32,000 nt of DNA, taken from NCBI GenBank assembly GCA_001766815.1, contig LYOS01000005.1, positions 44,168 to 76,167 on the forward strand. Reading direction: 5' to 3'. The notes beneath the pieces are model-generated. The model ran no database searches, had not been told where the DNA came from, and worked only from the letters and a program-made list of their open reading frames with translations. How positions within the stretch are numbered: the first letter of the stretch is position 1; every line of letters begins with the position of its first letter. The stretch is from Candidatus Syntropharchaeum caldarium (GTDB lineage Archaea; Halobacteriota; Syntropharchaeia; Syntropharchaeales; Syntropharchaeaceae). Positions 1 through 10,210 of the stretch are shown one piece after another. The translations under genes were made by a program, and so were the position numbers.

Positions 1-1
1 T

Positions 2-1369
2 GTAGGTACATTCACGGAAGTTGAAGAGAAGGTTATAGCAGAGAGTGTTGTCATTGGAGCAAGGGACGTTGATGGACTTTTAAAATCTCCGAGAACACCT
101 TTCTCGCCTGGAGACCGCGTTTTTCCAGCAGATAGGGATCTGATACGTGAAACAATCGGTCTTGGAAGAGAAGGAATCTACATCGGGCTTCTTGAGGGGC
201 ATGATATAAAAGTTATGCTCGATCCAAACAGTTTTGTCCAGAAGCACTGCAGCATCCTCGCAAAGACAGGATCTGGTAAGTCATATACATCAGGGGTGAT
301 CGTAGAGGAGCTTCTTGATAAGGGTGTACCGCTTGTGATCATCGATCCACATGGAGAGTACGTCTCGCTGAAGTTTGAGAACGATGGAGAGGAAAATCGC
401 GCGCAGATGGAGCACTATGGAGTTATGCCAGAATCATATCCTGATCAGGTGATGGTATACACACCTGCAAACCTTGCGGTCGTTCCCTATGCCGATGCGA
501 TCTTCAGGCTTGATGGTATAAATCTTGATGCACGCAGATTAAGCCTCATGGCACCGACGTTGACAGATACGCAGCTTGGTTTGCTCTATCAGTCGATAAA
601 GACGCTAAAAGAGCGTATGGATTTTTACAGGATCGATGACATCATCGAGGAGGTTACAAAGCTCAAAACGAATACTAAATGGGCGATTGTACACACACTC
701 GAACTCCTGAAAGAGACAGGCATCTTATCAGATAGTCCTACGCCATTGGATGATCTTGTTAAGCCAGGGAAGGCATCAATTATAGATATGAAAGGTGTCG
801 ATCCAAAGCTTCAGGAGATCATCGTATCTCAGCTTGCGTCAGCGCTTTTTGAAGCGCGAAAGATTGGAAAAATCCCACCGCTGATGCTCGTAATCGAGGA
901 AGCGCACAATTTCTGCCCTGAGAAAGGAATCGGAAAAGCGACTTCATCCGAGATACTCCGAACGATCGCATCGGAGGGCCGAAAGTTTGGTCTTGGATTA
1001 CTTGTCATCTCACAGCGTCCCGCAAGGGTTGACAAGAACATCCTCTCTCAGTGCAACACACAGATAATTCTCAAGGTCACAAACCCGAACGACCTCAGAG
1101 CCTTAAGCAAGGGACTTGAAGGCATGAGCACAGACCTTGAGGAAGAGATAAAACGAATTCCAGCAGGTATGGCACTTCTTGTAAGTAATGACATCGAGAA
1201 ACCAGTGCTTGTTGACGTGCGGGTGAGAAAAACCCGGCATGGTGGCGAATCCTCGCAGATCGTATCCACATATCCTGCAAGCTGGGAGGATTATCTTGAT
1301 ACACTCGATGTGGAAGAAGAAGTGGTTGAAGAGCGGGGAATTCTATCGAGGCTGCTGGGACGAGGGTAG
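2..1369 (+). CDS. HerA-like (DUF87/COG0433) P-loop ATPase; 5' end truncated by the window edge
   Basis: The reading frame is open from base 2, upstream of the listed ATG at 215 (VGTFTEVEEKVIAESVVIGARDVDG...). Walker A is AKTGSGKSYT and the Walker B-like motif is LMLVIEEAHNF. An ISQRP motif is typical of HerA/FtsK-type ATPases. Confidence 0.75.
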   Translation, partial: VGTFTEVEEKVIAESVVIGARDVDGLLKSPRTPFSPGDRVFPADRDLIRETIGLGREGIYIGLLEGHDIKVMLDPNSFVQKHCSILAKTGSGKSYTSGVIVEELLDKGVPLVIIDPHGEYVSLKFENDGEENRAQMEHYGVMPESYPDQVMVYTPANLAVVPYADAIFRLDGINLDARRLSLMAPTLTDTQLGLLYQSIKTLKERMDFYRIDDIIEEVTKLKTNTKWAIVHTLELLKETGILSDSPTPLDDLVKPGKASIIDMKGVDPKLQEIIVSQLASALFEARKIGKIPPLMLVIEEAHNFCPEKGIGKATSSEILRTIASEGRKFGLGLLVISQRPARVDKNILSQCNTQIILKVTNPNDLRALSKGLEGMSTDLEEEIKRIPAGMALLVSNDIEKPVLVDVRVRKTRHGGESSQIVSTYPASWEDYLDTLDVEEEVVEERGILSRLLGRG

Positions 1370-1438
1370 AGGGGTAAGTTCTTCCATAATGAAAGTCGTG
1401 ATCATACTTATTTAAACTTGACGAGTATGTAGTGCAGG

Positions 1439-2188
1439 GTGAATAGATCAATGGGTCTCATCAAAGGCTTCAGGGATACTGTAGGATTTTTCACGATAAT
1501 TCCTGTGAGGGATGGTGATTTTTTTGGCGCTGCCGATCATGCGTATCTTCTTCCAGTACTGGGAGTACTTATAGCAGCTATATGCTCCCTCTTTGCAGTC
1601 ATCAGCTTCTACCTCTTCCCGCCTGCTGTTACAGGTATGATCGTACTCCTCGTGGCACTTCTGATCACAGGCTTCAACAATATCGATGGACTTGCAGATG
1701 TCGCAGATGGCATGATGGCACATGGAAACAGCGAGCGCCGACGATCCGCGATGAAAGATACAAGACTTGGAATAAGCGGTCTTGTAATCTGTATATTTAT
1801 GATCGGGCTTGCTGGAACCGCCTTGGCAGAACTTGCAGGCGCGGGCATCCTGATCCTTCTGAAAGCAATATTTTTATCTGAGCTGGGTAGCAAGTACGCG
1901 ATGCTTCTCACCTCCTTTGCCGGGAAGCCAACCTATGACGGGCTTGGCGCAGTCTTTTTTGAACATGTTGGAAACCTCCAGATCGTGATCGGAAGCATTT
2001 TAACAATTCTTTTTGGAATCCTTGCAGGCAAGATAGCAGTTGCGCTTCTGCTCGTTATTCCTGTGGTGGGGGTTGTTTTCATCCTTACCGGGCGCGCTTT
2101 TGATGGGATCTCAGGAGACGTTATAGGTGCGTGTGGGGAGATTTCAAGGGTCGTTGTTTTGCTTGGAGTTCTTGCATATCATTTTTAG
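1439..2188 (+). CDS. cobS: Adenosylcobinamide-GDP ribazoletransferase (cobalamin synthase CobS)
   Basis: Polytopic membrane protein of 249 aa. It carries CobS hallmarks: FFTIIPV near the N-terminus, ITGFNNIDGLADVADG, MKDTRLGISG, and GISGDVIGACGE near the C-terminus. The start could be the GTG at 1439 or the ATG at 1451. Confidence 0.85.
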   Translation: MNRSMGLIKGFRDTVGFFTIIPVRDGDFFGAADHAYLLPVLGVLIAAICSLFAVISFYLFPPAVTGMIVLLVALLITGFNNIDGLADVADGMMAHGNSERRRSAMKDTRLGISGLVICIFMIGLAGTALAELAGAGILILLKAIFLSELGSKYAMLLTSFAGKPTYDGLGAVFFEHVGNLQIVIGSILTILFGILAGKIAVALLLVIPVVGVVFILTGRAFDGISGDVIGACGEISRVVVLLGVLAYHF

Positions 2189-2292
2189 CTTTTTTATCCT
2201 GTAAACTTCTGGGTCGACGCAATGCTTTTATACTTTCACATGGAGAGATGTATAACCTCACTTTGTGAGTTTAGATACGAGGTGTTAAATAG

Positions 2293-2514
2293 ATGAATTT
2301 TGATGCGCCTTCGGGCGGATATGGAAGAAGTGCCCCTATAGACGAGGGTGATGTGCTCGATGTAAAAATTGAGTCGATCGGTCGTGAAGGGGATGGAATA
2401 GCAAAAATTGAAGGTTTTGTGGTTTTTGTACCGCAAACAAAGATTGGAGATGAAGTACAGGTTCGCATTAACAAGGTGACCGCAAAAGTGGCATTTGGAG
2501 AAGTCGTTGAGTAG
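2293..2514 (+). CDS. Small TRAM-domain protein
   Basis: 73 aa. The sequence [44 protein letters not shown] is the typical stand-alone archaeal TRAM fold. A GAGGTG Shine-Dalgarno lies about 9 nt upstream of the ATG. Confidence 0.8.
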   Translation: MNFDAPSGGYGRSAPIDEGDVLDVKIESIGREGDGIAKIEGFVVFVPQTKIGDEVQVRINKVTAKVAFGEVVE

Positions 2515-2628
2515 AGCTATTCTCATACCAGTCTGAATTTTTTAATTAATTTTACTTTTTACTTATTAATTTTATTATTTTCCTCTCAAACTAACTAACA
2601 GTATTTTGAATAATCGATGATTGAATAC

Positions 2629-4947
2629 TCAATGAGATTCTTTGCTCGGGGGGTTCACACATTCCTCGTACGCCCCTCCAACAACTTCTCTGATCTTTTT
2701 TGCTGTAACATCACCAATCCGCTCAACCCTGACAAGCTCATCCTCTGGCGCATTTATCACATTCTGAACAGATCCAAAGTGTTTCAAGAGGTTTCTTGCC
2801 GATACAGGGCCAATATTAGAGATTGATGAGATCACATATTCCTGTTCTTCTCTCAGGTTTCGGGATGACTTCTTTGAATGTGGGCTGAATGGTCGTCTCA
2901 ATCCATCCTGCTCACGTTTTGCAATTTTTCTGATAATTTCTGCTGTGTCCTCACCATTACTGGTGTAGAGAATGGGGATCGCAAAATCAACCGCAATTGA
3001 GATCAGAGCACCTTTCACAACATTCTCAGATACTCTGTCTGTATAAAGTCCATCTCCTTCTATTATCAGAATTGGCCGCTCATACTCTCGCCTTAGGTTT
3101 TTTAACTGTTCAAAGAGGTTTCGCTCACCATCTGTGAGTGAGCTTACAAAGTCTTCAACACTCTTACGCTCAATACAGACACGTTCACTCACAACGTAAT
3201 CTCCAACATCGATATTTTTAAATTTCAAATCGCAACCAATCTTTTCAAGCGATTTTACAACCTTCGATCGTGATTCACGATTATCAACATAGATGATTGG
3301 GTCATCTTTCTCGCTGGTTCTGGTGGATTTCTCCTCCTCCACCTGCTGATCCTGGAACTCAACCTCCTTCCTCTTGATCGCGTTCATCCCCTTCTCCATC
3401 ATACGCTCTTTCTGTTTGCTTATCCAGTAGTACGCCTCGTCTTTGGTCTCCTTTGTTATCAGAATTATGATCCTGCCTGCCCTTCGTCTTCCGGTGCGCC
3501 CTCTTCGCTGAATGTTTCTTATTTCCGACGGTATCGGTTCATAGAAGATCACAAGGTCTGCCATTGGTATATCAAGCCCCTCTTCTGCCACAGAGGTTGC
3601 AACCATCACGTTATAAACCCCCTCCTTGAACTTTTCGATCAACTCAACCTGCTTCTTCTGCGTGAGTCCCTTATCCTCTCCTTTTGATGCCTGTCCGATG
3701 AAACGCAGTGGTTTAACCCCCTCTATCTCTGAAAGCGCAGATCTCACCATCTCTGCACTATCCCTGAAGTTTGTAAAGATGATGATCCTCGATTCTGGTC
3801 TTCGCTGGATCTCACGCTCAACGATCGAGAGCAGCCGTTTGAGCTTTGGATGTTCAAGCTCAATCTCTTCTGCCATGTTGAGCGCCCTTATGAATATCGG
3901 ATCACGAATAAGTCTTTTAGATGCTTTTGTTGCGTTCTTCGAGTTTGCCTCGTTCAGAAGTCGCCTGAAGTACTTTCGTACTGCATTGATTCCCTGTGTC
4001 TCAACAAGATCAATTGCATGGCGGATCTTCAGAAGCTCAGCCACGAGTGATGCCGCCTTGTAGAACCTTGTATGCTGCTGTTCTCGAAGCCTTGCCTGTA
4101 TTTTCGCCTGCAGATCAAGTAGTTCCTTTGTTGATGTCTTCTTTCCCCTGTAGAGGTGAAAACCAAGCTCACCAAGCTTTCTAACCCGATCCAAAAATAG
4201 CTCCTCAAGTATCTGCTTTAACTGTTTGATCTCGTGCGGCACATCAACTTTCACCCACTCAATATCTCTCCTGAATATGTAAGGCAGGATCTCTGGATCA
4301 TCCTCACGTCTGATCTCAACCCGTTCGATCCCCAGATTTTCACAGACCTCCTGTATCTTCGTGACACTGCTCCCTGGCGATGCGGTAATGCCAAGAACAA
4401 GCCTGTTTCTACCCTCTTCCCTGTAACGCTCTGCGATATAGACGTAGGCATAGTTCCCGTGTGCTCTGTGGCATTCATCAAAAATTATAAGCGAAACATC
4501 CCTGAGATCTATCCTACGCGTCAGAAGGTCGTTCTCAATTACCTGTGGCGTTGCAACAATGATCTTTGCATCCCTCCAAAGTTTAGCTCGACTTTCAGGC
4601 GGTATATCTCCTGTTGCGACAAAGATCTCTTCTGCTGGTAATGTGAGCGCGCTCTTGAGAAATGATGCATGCTGTTCAACAAGTGGCTTTGTGGGAGACA
4701 GGAAGAGCACCTTCTCATTCATGTATCGATGCAGTCTATCTACTATAACAAGAAGTGCAATCACCGTCTTTCCAAGCCCTGTCGGGAGTACAATTAATGT
4801 GGATTCTTTTTTTGCGATCTCTGAGAGGCTTAATTGATAATCCCGCGCCTCTATTTGATCTTTCTTGATTAAAGGATCTGAGATAAATGAACTTTCCAGA
4901 GCTATGCTCATCGATTTTTCTAAAAAGAGCAAACTATAAAAGTTCAT
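2629..4947 (-). CDS. hef: Hef: fork-structure helicase fused to an ERCC4/XPF nuclease
   Basis: 772 aa. The N-terminal SF2 helicase has PTGLGKT and an IFDECH DEAH box, with a C-terminal helicase domain containing TSVAEEGLDIP and RRGRTGR. It is followed by an ERCC4 nuclease motif (GDYVVSERVCIERKSVEDF) and a terminal HhH region (ISNIGPVSARNLLKHFGS). An alternative start is the Met at 4911. Confidence 0.9.
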   Translation of the reverse strand: MNFYSLLFLEKSMSIALESSFISDPLIKKDQIEARDYQLSLSEIAKKESTLIVLPTGLGKTVIALLVIVDRLHRYMNEKVLFLSPTKPLVEQHASFLKSALTLPAEEIFVATGDIPPESRAKLWRDAKIIVATPQVIENDLLTRRIDLRDVSLIIFDECHRAHGNYAYVYIAERYREEGRNRLVLGITASPGSSVTKIQEVCENLGIERVEIRREDDPEILPYIFRRDIEWVKVDVPHEIKQLKQILEELFLDRVRKLGELGFHLYRGKKTSTKELLDLQAKIQARLREQQHTRFYKAASLVAELLKIRHAIDLVETQGINAVRKYFRRLLNEANSKNATKASKRLIRDPIFIRALNMAEEIELEHPKLKRLLSIVEREIQRRPESRIIIFTNFRDSAEMVRSALSEIEGVKPLRFIGQASKGEDKGLTQKKQVELIEKFKEGVYNVMVATSVAEEGLDIPMADLVIFYEPIPSEIRNIQRRGRTGRRRAGRIIILITKETKDEAYYWISKQKERMMEKGMNAIKRKEVEFQDQQVEEEKSTRTSEKDDPIIYVDNRESRSKVVKSLEKIGCDLKFKNIDVGDYVVSERVCIERKSVEDFVSSLTDGERNLFEQLKNLRREYERPILIIEGDGLYTDRVSENVVKGALISIAVDFAIPILYTSNGEDTAEIIRKIAKREQDGLRRPFSPHSKKSSRNLREEQEYVISSISNIGPVSARNLLKHFGSVQNVINAPEDELVRVERIGDVTAKKIREVVGGAYEECVNPPSKESH

Positions 4948-4964
4948 GGGAGAACCTTTAATGG

Positions 4965-6389
4965 ATGTCTGTCAGAATCGAGAAGGACTCACTTGGAAAG
5001 CGAGAAGTTCCAGCAGACGCATATTATGGAATACATACAGTAAGATCGCTCGAGAATTTCACATTCTCTGAAAGAAGATTCCAGCCTGAGTTTATCGTTT
5101 CACTTGCTATCATAAAACTTGCTGCAGCGAGAACAAATCGTAAACTTGGATTTCTCGACCCCGAAAAGGCAGAAGCAATTGAGAAAGCGTGCCTTGAGAT
5201 AATTGAAGGCGATGAGAGATTTAATGATCAGTTTCCACTTGACGTCTTTCAGGCAGGCTCCGGAACATCGACAAATATGAACATCAATGAGGTCATCGCA
5301 AACCGAGCATGTGAGATGCTTGGCAGGAATCGAGGTATGCGGGAGGTCGTGCACCCGAATGATGATGTCAACAGAGGTCAATCAACGAACAATGTTATCC
5401 CAACTGCGATTCGTATAACTGCACTGAGACTGATGGATGAATTAACCGACTCACTCAGGAAACTCAGCAGGAGCTTCAGGCAGAAGTCAGAGGAGTTTGA
5501 GGATGTTATAAAGTCAGGAAGGACACATCTTCAGGATGCGGTCCCGATCACACTTGGTCAGGAATTTCATGCATATCATACAGCAATCGAGAAAGGTATC
5601 CGACGGCTTGAAGGTGCTACAGCAGGCTTGCACTACCTGGGGATTGGCGGTAACGCGGTTGGAACAGGAATAAATACACATCCTGACTTCAGAGCGGGCG
5701 TTGTGAGTGAGATCTCATCGATAACAGGTATAGATTTTGCAACACCAGAGGATGGTATCGAGATCACACAATTTCTAACAGATATCGCAGAATTTTCCTC
5801 AGCCATGAAACTTGTGAGCCTTGATATCAATAAGATCGCAAATGATCTGCGGCTTCTTGGTTCAGGTCCAAGAACCGGGCTTTACGAGATTGTGATACCT
5901 GCTGTTGAGCCAGGATCGTCGATCATGCCCGGCAAGGTCAACCCATCAATCCTTGAAGCAGTAAATATGGTATCGCTGACGATCCAGGGAAATGATCTTG
6001 TGGTCTCAAATGCAGTACAGGCGGGACAGCTTGAGTTGAATACTCACATGCCAATCATCGCTTTCTGTCTCATCGATTCAATGAAACTTCTCACCCGCAT
6101 AGGTCTCATTATGGCAACGCGATGTGTGGATGGCATCACAGCAAACAGAAGACGGTGCAGGTCATACTTTGAAGAAAGTCTCGCGCTTGCAACTATCCTG
6201 AACCCTTACATCGGTTATGATGAGGCAGCAGAGGTTGCAAAGAAGGCACTCGCAGAAGGGAAAACGATACGTGAGGTGGTACTTGAGTTGGGAATCATGA
6301 ATGAAGATGAACTTGAATCGATACTTAATATAGAAAAGTTGAGATCTCCTGCATATAAGCGTAAAAGCGTAAATGTTCCAAAAGATTAA
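4965..6389 (+). CDS. aspA: Aspartate ammonia-lyase / class II fumarase family lyase (most AspA-like)
   Basis: 474 aa. It carries the fumarate-lyase signature GSSIMPGKVNP. The N-terminus KDSLGKREVPADAYYGIHTVRSLENF and the C-terminus REVVLELGIMNEDELESILNIEKLRSPAYK resemble E. coli AspA as I remember it. Substrate (aspartate versus fumarate/malate) cannot be settled by eye. Confidence 0.75.
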   Translation: MSVRIEKDSLGKREVPADAYYGIHTVRSLENFTFSERRFQPEFIVSLAIIKLAAARTNRKLGFLDPEKAEAIEKACLEIIEGDERFNDQFPLDVFQAGSGTSTNMNINEVIANRACEMLGRNRGMREVVHPNDDVNRGQSTNNVIPTAIRITALRLMDELTDSLRKLSRSFRQKSEEFEDVIKSGRTHLQDAVPITLGQEFHAYHTAIEKGIRRLEGATAGLHYLGIGGNAVGTGINTHPDFRAGVVSEISSITGIDFATPEDGIEITQFLTDIAEFSSAMKLVSLDINKIANDLRLLGSGPRTGLYEIVIPAVEPGSSIMPGKVNPSILEAVNMVSLTIQGNDLVVSNAVQAGQLELNTHMPIIAFCLIDSMKLLTRIGLIMATRCVDGITANRRRCRSYFEESLALATILNPYIGYDEAAEVAKKALAEGKTIREVVLELGIMNEDELESILNIEKLRSPAYKRKSVNVPKD

Positions 6390-6409
6390 TAAAAGCTTGT
6401 AAGATAAAA

Positions 6410-7816
6410 ATGAGTGTTAAGATGAAAAATAAGTTCACCCTTATGATACTGGCGGTATATCTGCTATCCTGTTTCAACATGGCAGCATCAGCCAGTACCA
6501 CGGGCTTCAATGAGACGCATGATTATGCAACGATAGTACCCAATGTAAAGCCATACCCTCAGCTTGAGCTCGTATCACAGGTTGATGGATTCAAAAAGTT
6601 CAGACCCCGCTGGAATGACCGATTTTCGCAGGGCTCAACGTTGATGGTCTATGCTGACGCACTGGATGTTAGCCATGCCAGATTTATTGCTGTTGATTTC
6701 ATCTTTTTAATAAAGGATCCAAAAGGGCATATTGTATCATGGGATCGGGTACAGGTACGAAAGATAGGCTATGAGACAAACGCTTATGCCGTATATGAAA
6801 AAGAGATCCCTGAGGACTGGATTGATGGGCAGTACAGGATTGAAGCCTTCGCCTATGACCGCGTAAATTTTACAAAGATCATGCAGTATGAATATAACTA
6901 TGATAACCACATCGGGGATGAAGACTACTGGGATGACTTCTGGGAGATTGAGGATGATGATAGTAGTGACATAGGTGCGGGATTTACAAATCCAATCTCA
7001 GAATCGAGAGTTATCATGCATTTCCGGGAAAAGATCTTCTACGTTGATCATTCTGCAAGCGAATATCCACCTGACAGGTTCATGTTCTCAGATCTCAAGA
7101 TACTTCCCGAGGTTGTTGCACCTGGTGAAGAGTCATATCTCCGTGTAAATGTCTCAAACACCTTCACAGATCCAGGAGATGTTGATGTCTACCTGATCTT
7201 CGATAATAGAACCGTTGCATCCAGGACGGTGACACTCGATCCCTACTCAGAGGAGATGGTGGAGTTTACAATACCACCCCAGAAGGAGGGTGAGCATCAG
7301 ATCCAAATCACTTCCCCTACCGAGAATACCGCAGGAGTTCCGATTTTGGCGATCCTCAATGTTTCGATGGAAGCTGCAGAGGAACTATCGTCTGAACTCC
7401 CAACCAATATCGTTGTGAAATCACTTGATATCGAGAAGTTGCAGGTAGATGTGAATGAGACCTTGCCAATCAATCTCACAGTCCAGAACCTGGGGAAGGA
7501 AGGTACAGGAACAGTTCAGATCGAGATAAACGGTGAGCCTGAAGCAGAGAAAAACGTCACACTCGGTTACCTTGAGACTACGGTGGTCACATTTGATGTG
7601 AGAAAGGAACACACGGGAACGTATCGCGTCACAGTTCCTGGTACACAGCTTTCAAGGCTCTTCTTTGTGGTCGAGGGTGGTACAGGAGAAGCACAATCAT
7701 TCCTCGAATCCGCCATCTCAAAAAGTAATGAAGAAGTACCCATGATTTACATCATACTTATCGCCATGCTGCTTCTCATCCTCATATTCTTAAGGATTTA
7801 CATAGCGAAGCGGTAA
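6410..7816 (+). CDS. Surface-exposed protein with a signal peptide, CARDB-like Ig repeats and a C-terminal TM anchor
   Basis: There is an N-terminal hydrophobic signal (FTLMILAVYLLSCFNMAASAS). Two CARDB-like modules are visible (e.g. VAPGEESYLRVNVSNTF..., VDVNETLPINLTVQNLGKEGTG...). The protein has many N-x-S/T sequons and a C-terminal helix with a basic tail (IYIILIAMLLLILIFLRIYIAKR). Confidence 0.6.
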   Translation: MSVKMKNKFTLMILAVYLLSCFNMAASASTTGFNETHDYATIVPNVKPYPQLELVSQVDGFKKFRPRWNDRFSQGSTLMVYADALDVSHARFIAVDFIFLIKDPKGHIVSWDRVQVRKIGYETNAYAVYEKEIPEDWIDGQYRIEAFAYDRVNFTKIMQYEYNYDNHIGDEDYWDDFWEIEDDDSSDIGAGFTNPISESRVIMHFREKIFYVDHSASEYPPDRFMFSDLKILPEVVAPGEESYLRVNVSNTFTDPGDVDVYLIFDNRTVASRTVTLDPYSEEMVEFTIPPQKEGEHQIQITSPTENTAGVPILAILNVSMEAAEELSSELPTNIVVKSLDIEKLQVDVNETLPINLTVQNLGKEGTGTVQIEINGEPEAEKNVTLGYLETTVVTFDVRKEHTGTYRVTVPGTQLSRLFFVVEGGTGEAQSFLESAISKSNEEVPMIYIILIAMLLLILIFLRIYIAKR

Positions 7817-7833
7817 CCATCAATAAAAAAAAA

Positions 7834-8613
7834 CTAACTCTCTCCTCTTGTGAGCCTCATGATCGTCTTTGGTTGCACAACCTCCCCGATCAGGATCATT
7901 GCTCCTTCCTTGATTCCCGCGCTTTCAACCGTATCTGCGATATCCCCCACTGTGCCGTAAAAGATCTGCTCATCATCCCAGCACGCATGATAGATGACCG
8001 CAACAGGCATATCTTTTGGGTATTCCACGGTTTCCATAATCTCACGTATCTCTGAGACCCCAAGAAAGATCGCCATCGTTGATCGATGCTTTGATAGCTC
8101 TTTTATCGATTCATCGCCATTGGGTCTTGTGATTATCAGCGTCTGGGCAACTCCTGGGAGCGTTAGCTGAGTTTCAAGCAGCGCTGCAGAGGCAAACAAT
8201 GATGAAACGCCTGGAACAATCTCGATTTCCACACCTGCTCGCTTGAGTGCATCGATCTGTTCCAGCATGCCACCAAATAGTGAAGGGTCTCCACTGTGTA
8301 ATCGCACCACATTCCCGCCTGCTTCAACCGTACGCAACATAGCCTCCATAATCTCTTCAAGGCTCAGACCATAACTGTCCAGTCGCGTGCCACGGGCGCA
8401 ATCGACGATCTTTTGTGAGACCGCAAAGCCATAATATATGACAAGCTCTGCTTCTTCAAGTAGCCTTCTGCCTTTCACGGTGAGCATATCTGGATCGCCT
8501 GGGCCTGCCCCAACAAAATATACTTTTCCTTTCACCACACCACCTGACCCACGTTGACAATTCTTAGCAATTGATGATAATAAAACTTCCCTTTTCCGCT
8601 GTATCCACTTCAC
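7834..8613 (-). CDS. cbiF: Cobalt-precorrin-4 C11-methyltransferase (CbiF/CobM family)
   Basis: VYFVGAGPGDPDMLTVKG, RLHSGDPSLFGG, VPGVSS, AQTLIITR, STMAIFLGV and PVAVIYHACWDDEQ align with remembered Salmonella CbiF motifs. The listed GTG start overlaps the upstream stop (GTGA). The true start may be an internal GTG just before KGKVYFVG. Confidence 0.8.
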   Translation of the reverse strand: MKWIQRKREVLLSSIAKNCQRGSGGVVKGKVYFVGAGPGDPDMLTVKGRRLLEEAELVIYYGFAVSQKIVDCARGTRLDSYGLSLEEIMEAMLRTVEAGGNVVRLHSGDPSLFGGMLEQIDALKRAGVEIEIVPGVSSLFASAALLETQLTLPGVAQTLIITRPNGDESIKELSKHRSTMAIFLGVSEIREIMETVEYPKDMPVAVIYHACWDDEQIFYGTVGDIADTVESAGIKEGAMILIGEVVQPKTIMRLTRGES

Positions 8614-10112
8614 TCAAAAGGCATCCCACGATAGTAACTACCTTCTCCTATCAGATCTCTTGCAAGATCGGTGAGGACCTTTGTTCTTCGTTTCCGCTCC
8701 TCGTTTGTCACCTCGTTGCTTCTCCAGTTCTCTGAGAGTGTGGGGAGGTATTTAACCATATCAGCGAGCGGTTCTGGGACATCGATCTCAACCTTATCGA
8801 TCACCAGGTTATAATCCTCTGGGTTATTGTAGAGATCGATCGACTCCTTTATCCTGCAGGGTACAACAACAAAGCTATCGATCAGGTTTGCGTTCTCTTT
8901 TATGAACTTCACGCTTGCTTCAAAGTCTTCCTGCCGTTCGGTGGGAAATCCTGTGATCCAGCATGTATGGACAAGGATGCCTGCTTTTTTTGTCCATTCA
9001 AGAACCTTCTGCATATCTTCGATCTTTGTTCGTTTATTCATCCTGTCGATGACAGGCTGTGATGCCGAGTCGATCCCATAGAGCAGATACCGACAGCCTG
9101 CCTCATACATCTTCGCAAGCAATTCAGGGGTCATCCCTCCAGTTCTCGCATACCCACCCCAGTAAACCTCAAGTTCGTTCTCGATGATCAGATCACAGAT
9201 CTTTCCGAGTCGTTTGACATTTCCATTTATCAGGGAATCATTTGTTCTGAAGTGAAATACACCATGGCGTTCCTTCTGGTACTTAAACTCATTGAAGACA
9301 TTTATCGGCGATCGCTCTCTGTATTTGTTCCAGTAAACCTGTTCATTACAGAATGAGCAGTTCATGGTGCAACCCCTGCTTGTGAGAATCGGAAAAATCG
9401 TTTCATTCCCGTATGAAGCGATTGGAAGTCGATCAAAGGTAGGAAATGGAATTGTATCGAGATCTTTGATGAGCGGACGATCTCTACCATAGATTATCTC
9501 GCCCCTGCGGTTTATAACAGATCCTGGAACGGCATCAAAGCCCTCTCCTCCATCAACTGAATCTGTAAGTTCAACGATCGTTGCCTCACCCTCCCCAAGT
9601 ACAACTGCATCCACAAAACCTGTACGGATGAAGAAATCACCGCGCATCCAGCGAGCGCAGTCCGGACCCCCGAATACAATCAGCGTTTTTTCACTCTCCT
9701 GTTTTATACGCCTGGCTAAAAGGAGGCTTAAGAGGGCTGAACTGTTATAGATCGTGAAACCGATTACGTTGTATCCTGAATCAAGGATTTCGCCTGCCCA
9801 CTGCCTGACGAGCCCCTCTATCTCTCGTGTAAAATTATTCTCCTCTATGGTAAGATACTCCGGAAAGACAAGTCCGAGAAAGAAGTTATATCCATGGACA
9901 TATTGACTCCACTCCATGATCTTTTTACGAAGTGCTTTCTTCTCCTTCAACCTCACGTTAAAATCGATGATATCGGCATTGAACCCCTCTTTCTGCAATG
10001 ACGCCGTCAGATAGGCTGGAGCAATAGGAGGAAGGTCTGTATCCCAGACTGGTGCTATAACAAGTGCAATTTTTGGTTTTTTGATCTTACCACCTCGGGC
10101 GAGAAGTACCAT
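8610..10112 (-). CDS. B12-binding-domain radical SAM protein (class B-like)
   Basis: 500 aa. The N-terminal region is Rossmann-like and resembles a cobalamin-binding domain (KIALVIAPVW...VIGFTIY...). It is followed by the radical SAM cluster motif SRGCTMNCSFCNE (CxxxCxxC). Confidence 0.7.
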   Translation of the reverse strand: MVLLARGGKIKKPKIALVIAPVWDTDLPPIAPAYLTASLQKEGFNADIIDFNVRLKEKKALRKKIMEWSQYVHGYNFFLGLVFPEYLTIEENNFTREIEGLVRQWAGEILDSGYNVIGFTIYNSSALLSLLLARRIKQESEKTLIVFGGPDCARWMRGDFFIRTGFVDAVVLGEGEATIVELTDSVDGGEGFDAVPGSVINRRGEIIYGRDRPLIKDLDTIPFPTFDRLPIASYGNETIFPILTSRGCTMNCSFCNEQVYWNKYRERSPINVFNEFKYQKERHGVFHFRTNDSLINGNVKRLGKICDLIIENELEVYWGGYARTGGMTPELLAKMYEAGCRYLLYGIDSASQPVIDRMNKRTKIEDMQKVLEWTKKAGILVHTCWITGFPTERQEDFEASVKFIKENANLIDSFVVVPCRIKESIDLYNNPEDYNLVIDKVEIDVPEPLADMVKYLPTLSENWRSNEVTNEERKRRTKVLTDLARDLIGEGSYYRGMPFE

Positions 10113-10210
10113 TAATCATCAAATTACGGCAGAAACTATCCGTCAAGATCATATAAAGCTTACTCTTTCCGGTCATCTGCAGAAACAACTGTTTTAAGGA
10201 AGCGGGATGA

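Noticed and set aside
3626-4063. 145-aa and other ORFs antisense within hef
   Set aside because: These are shadow ORFs inside a long, well-supported helicase-nuclease gene. Their translations are Ser/Leu-rich, with no motifs.
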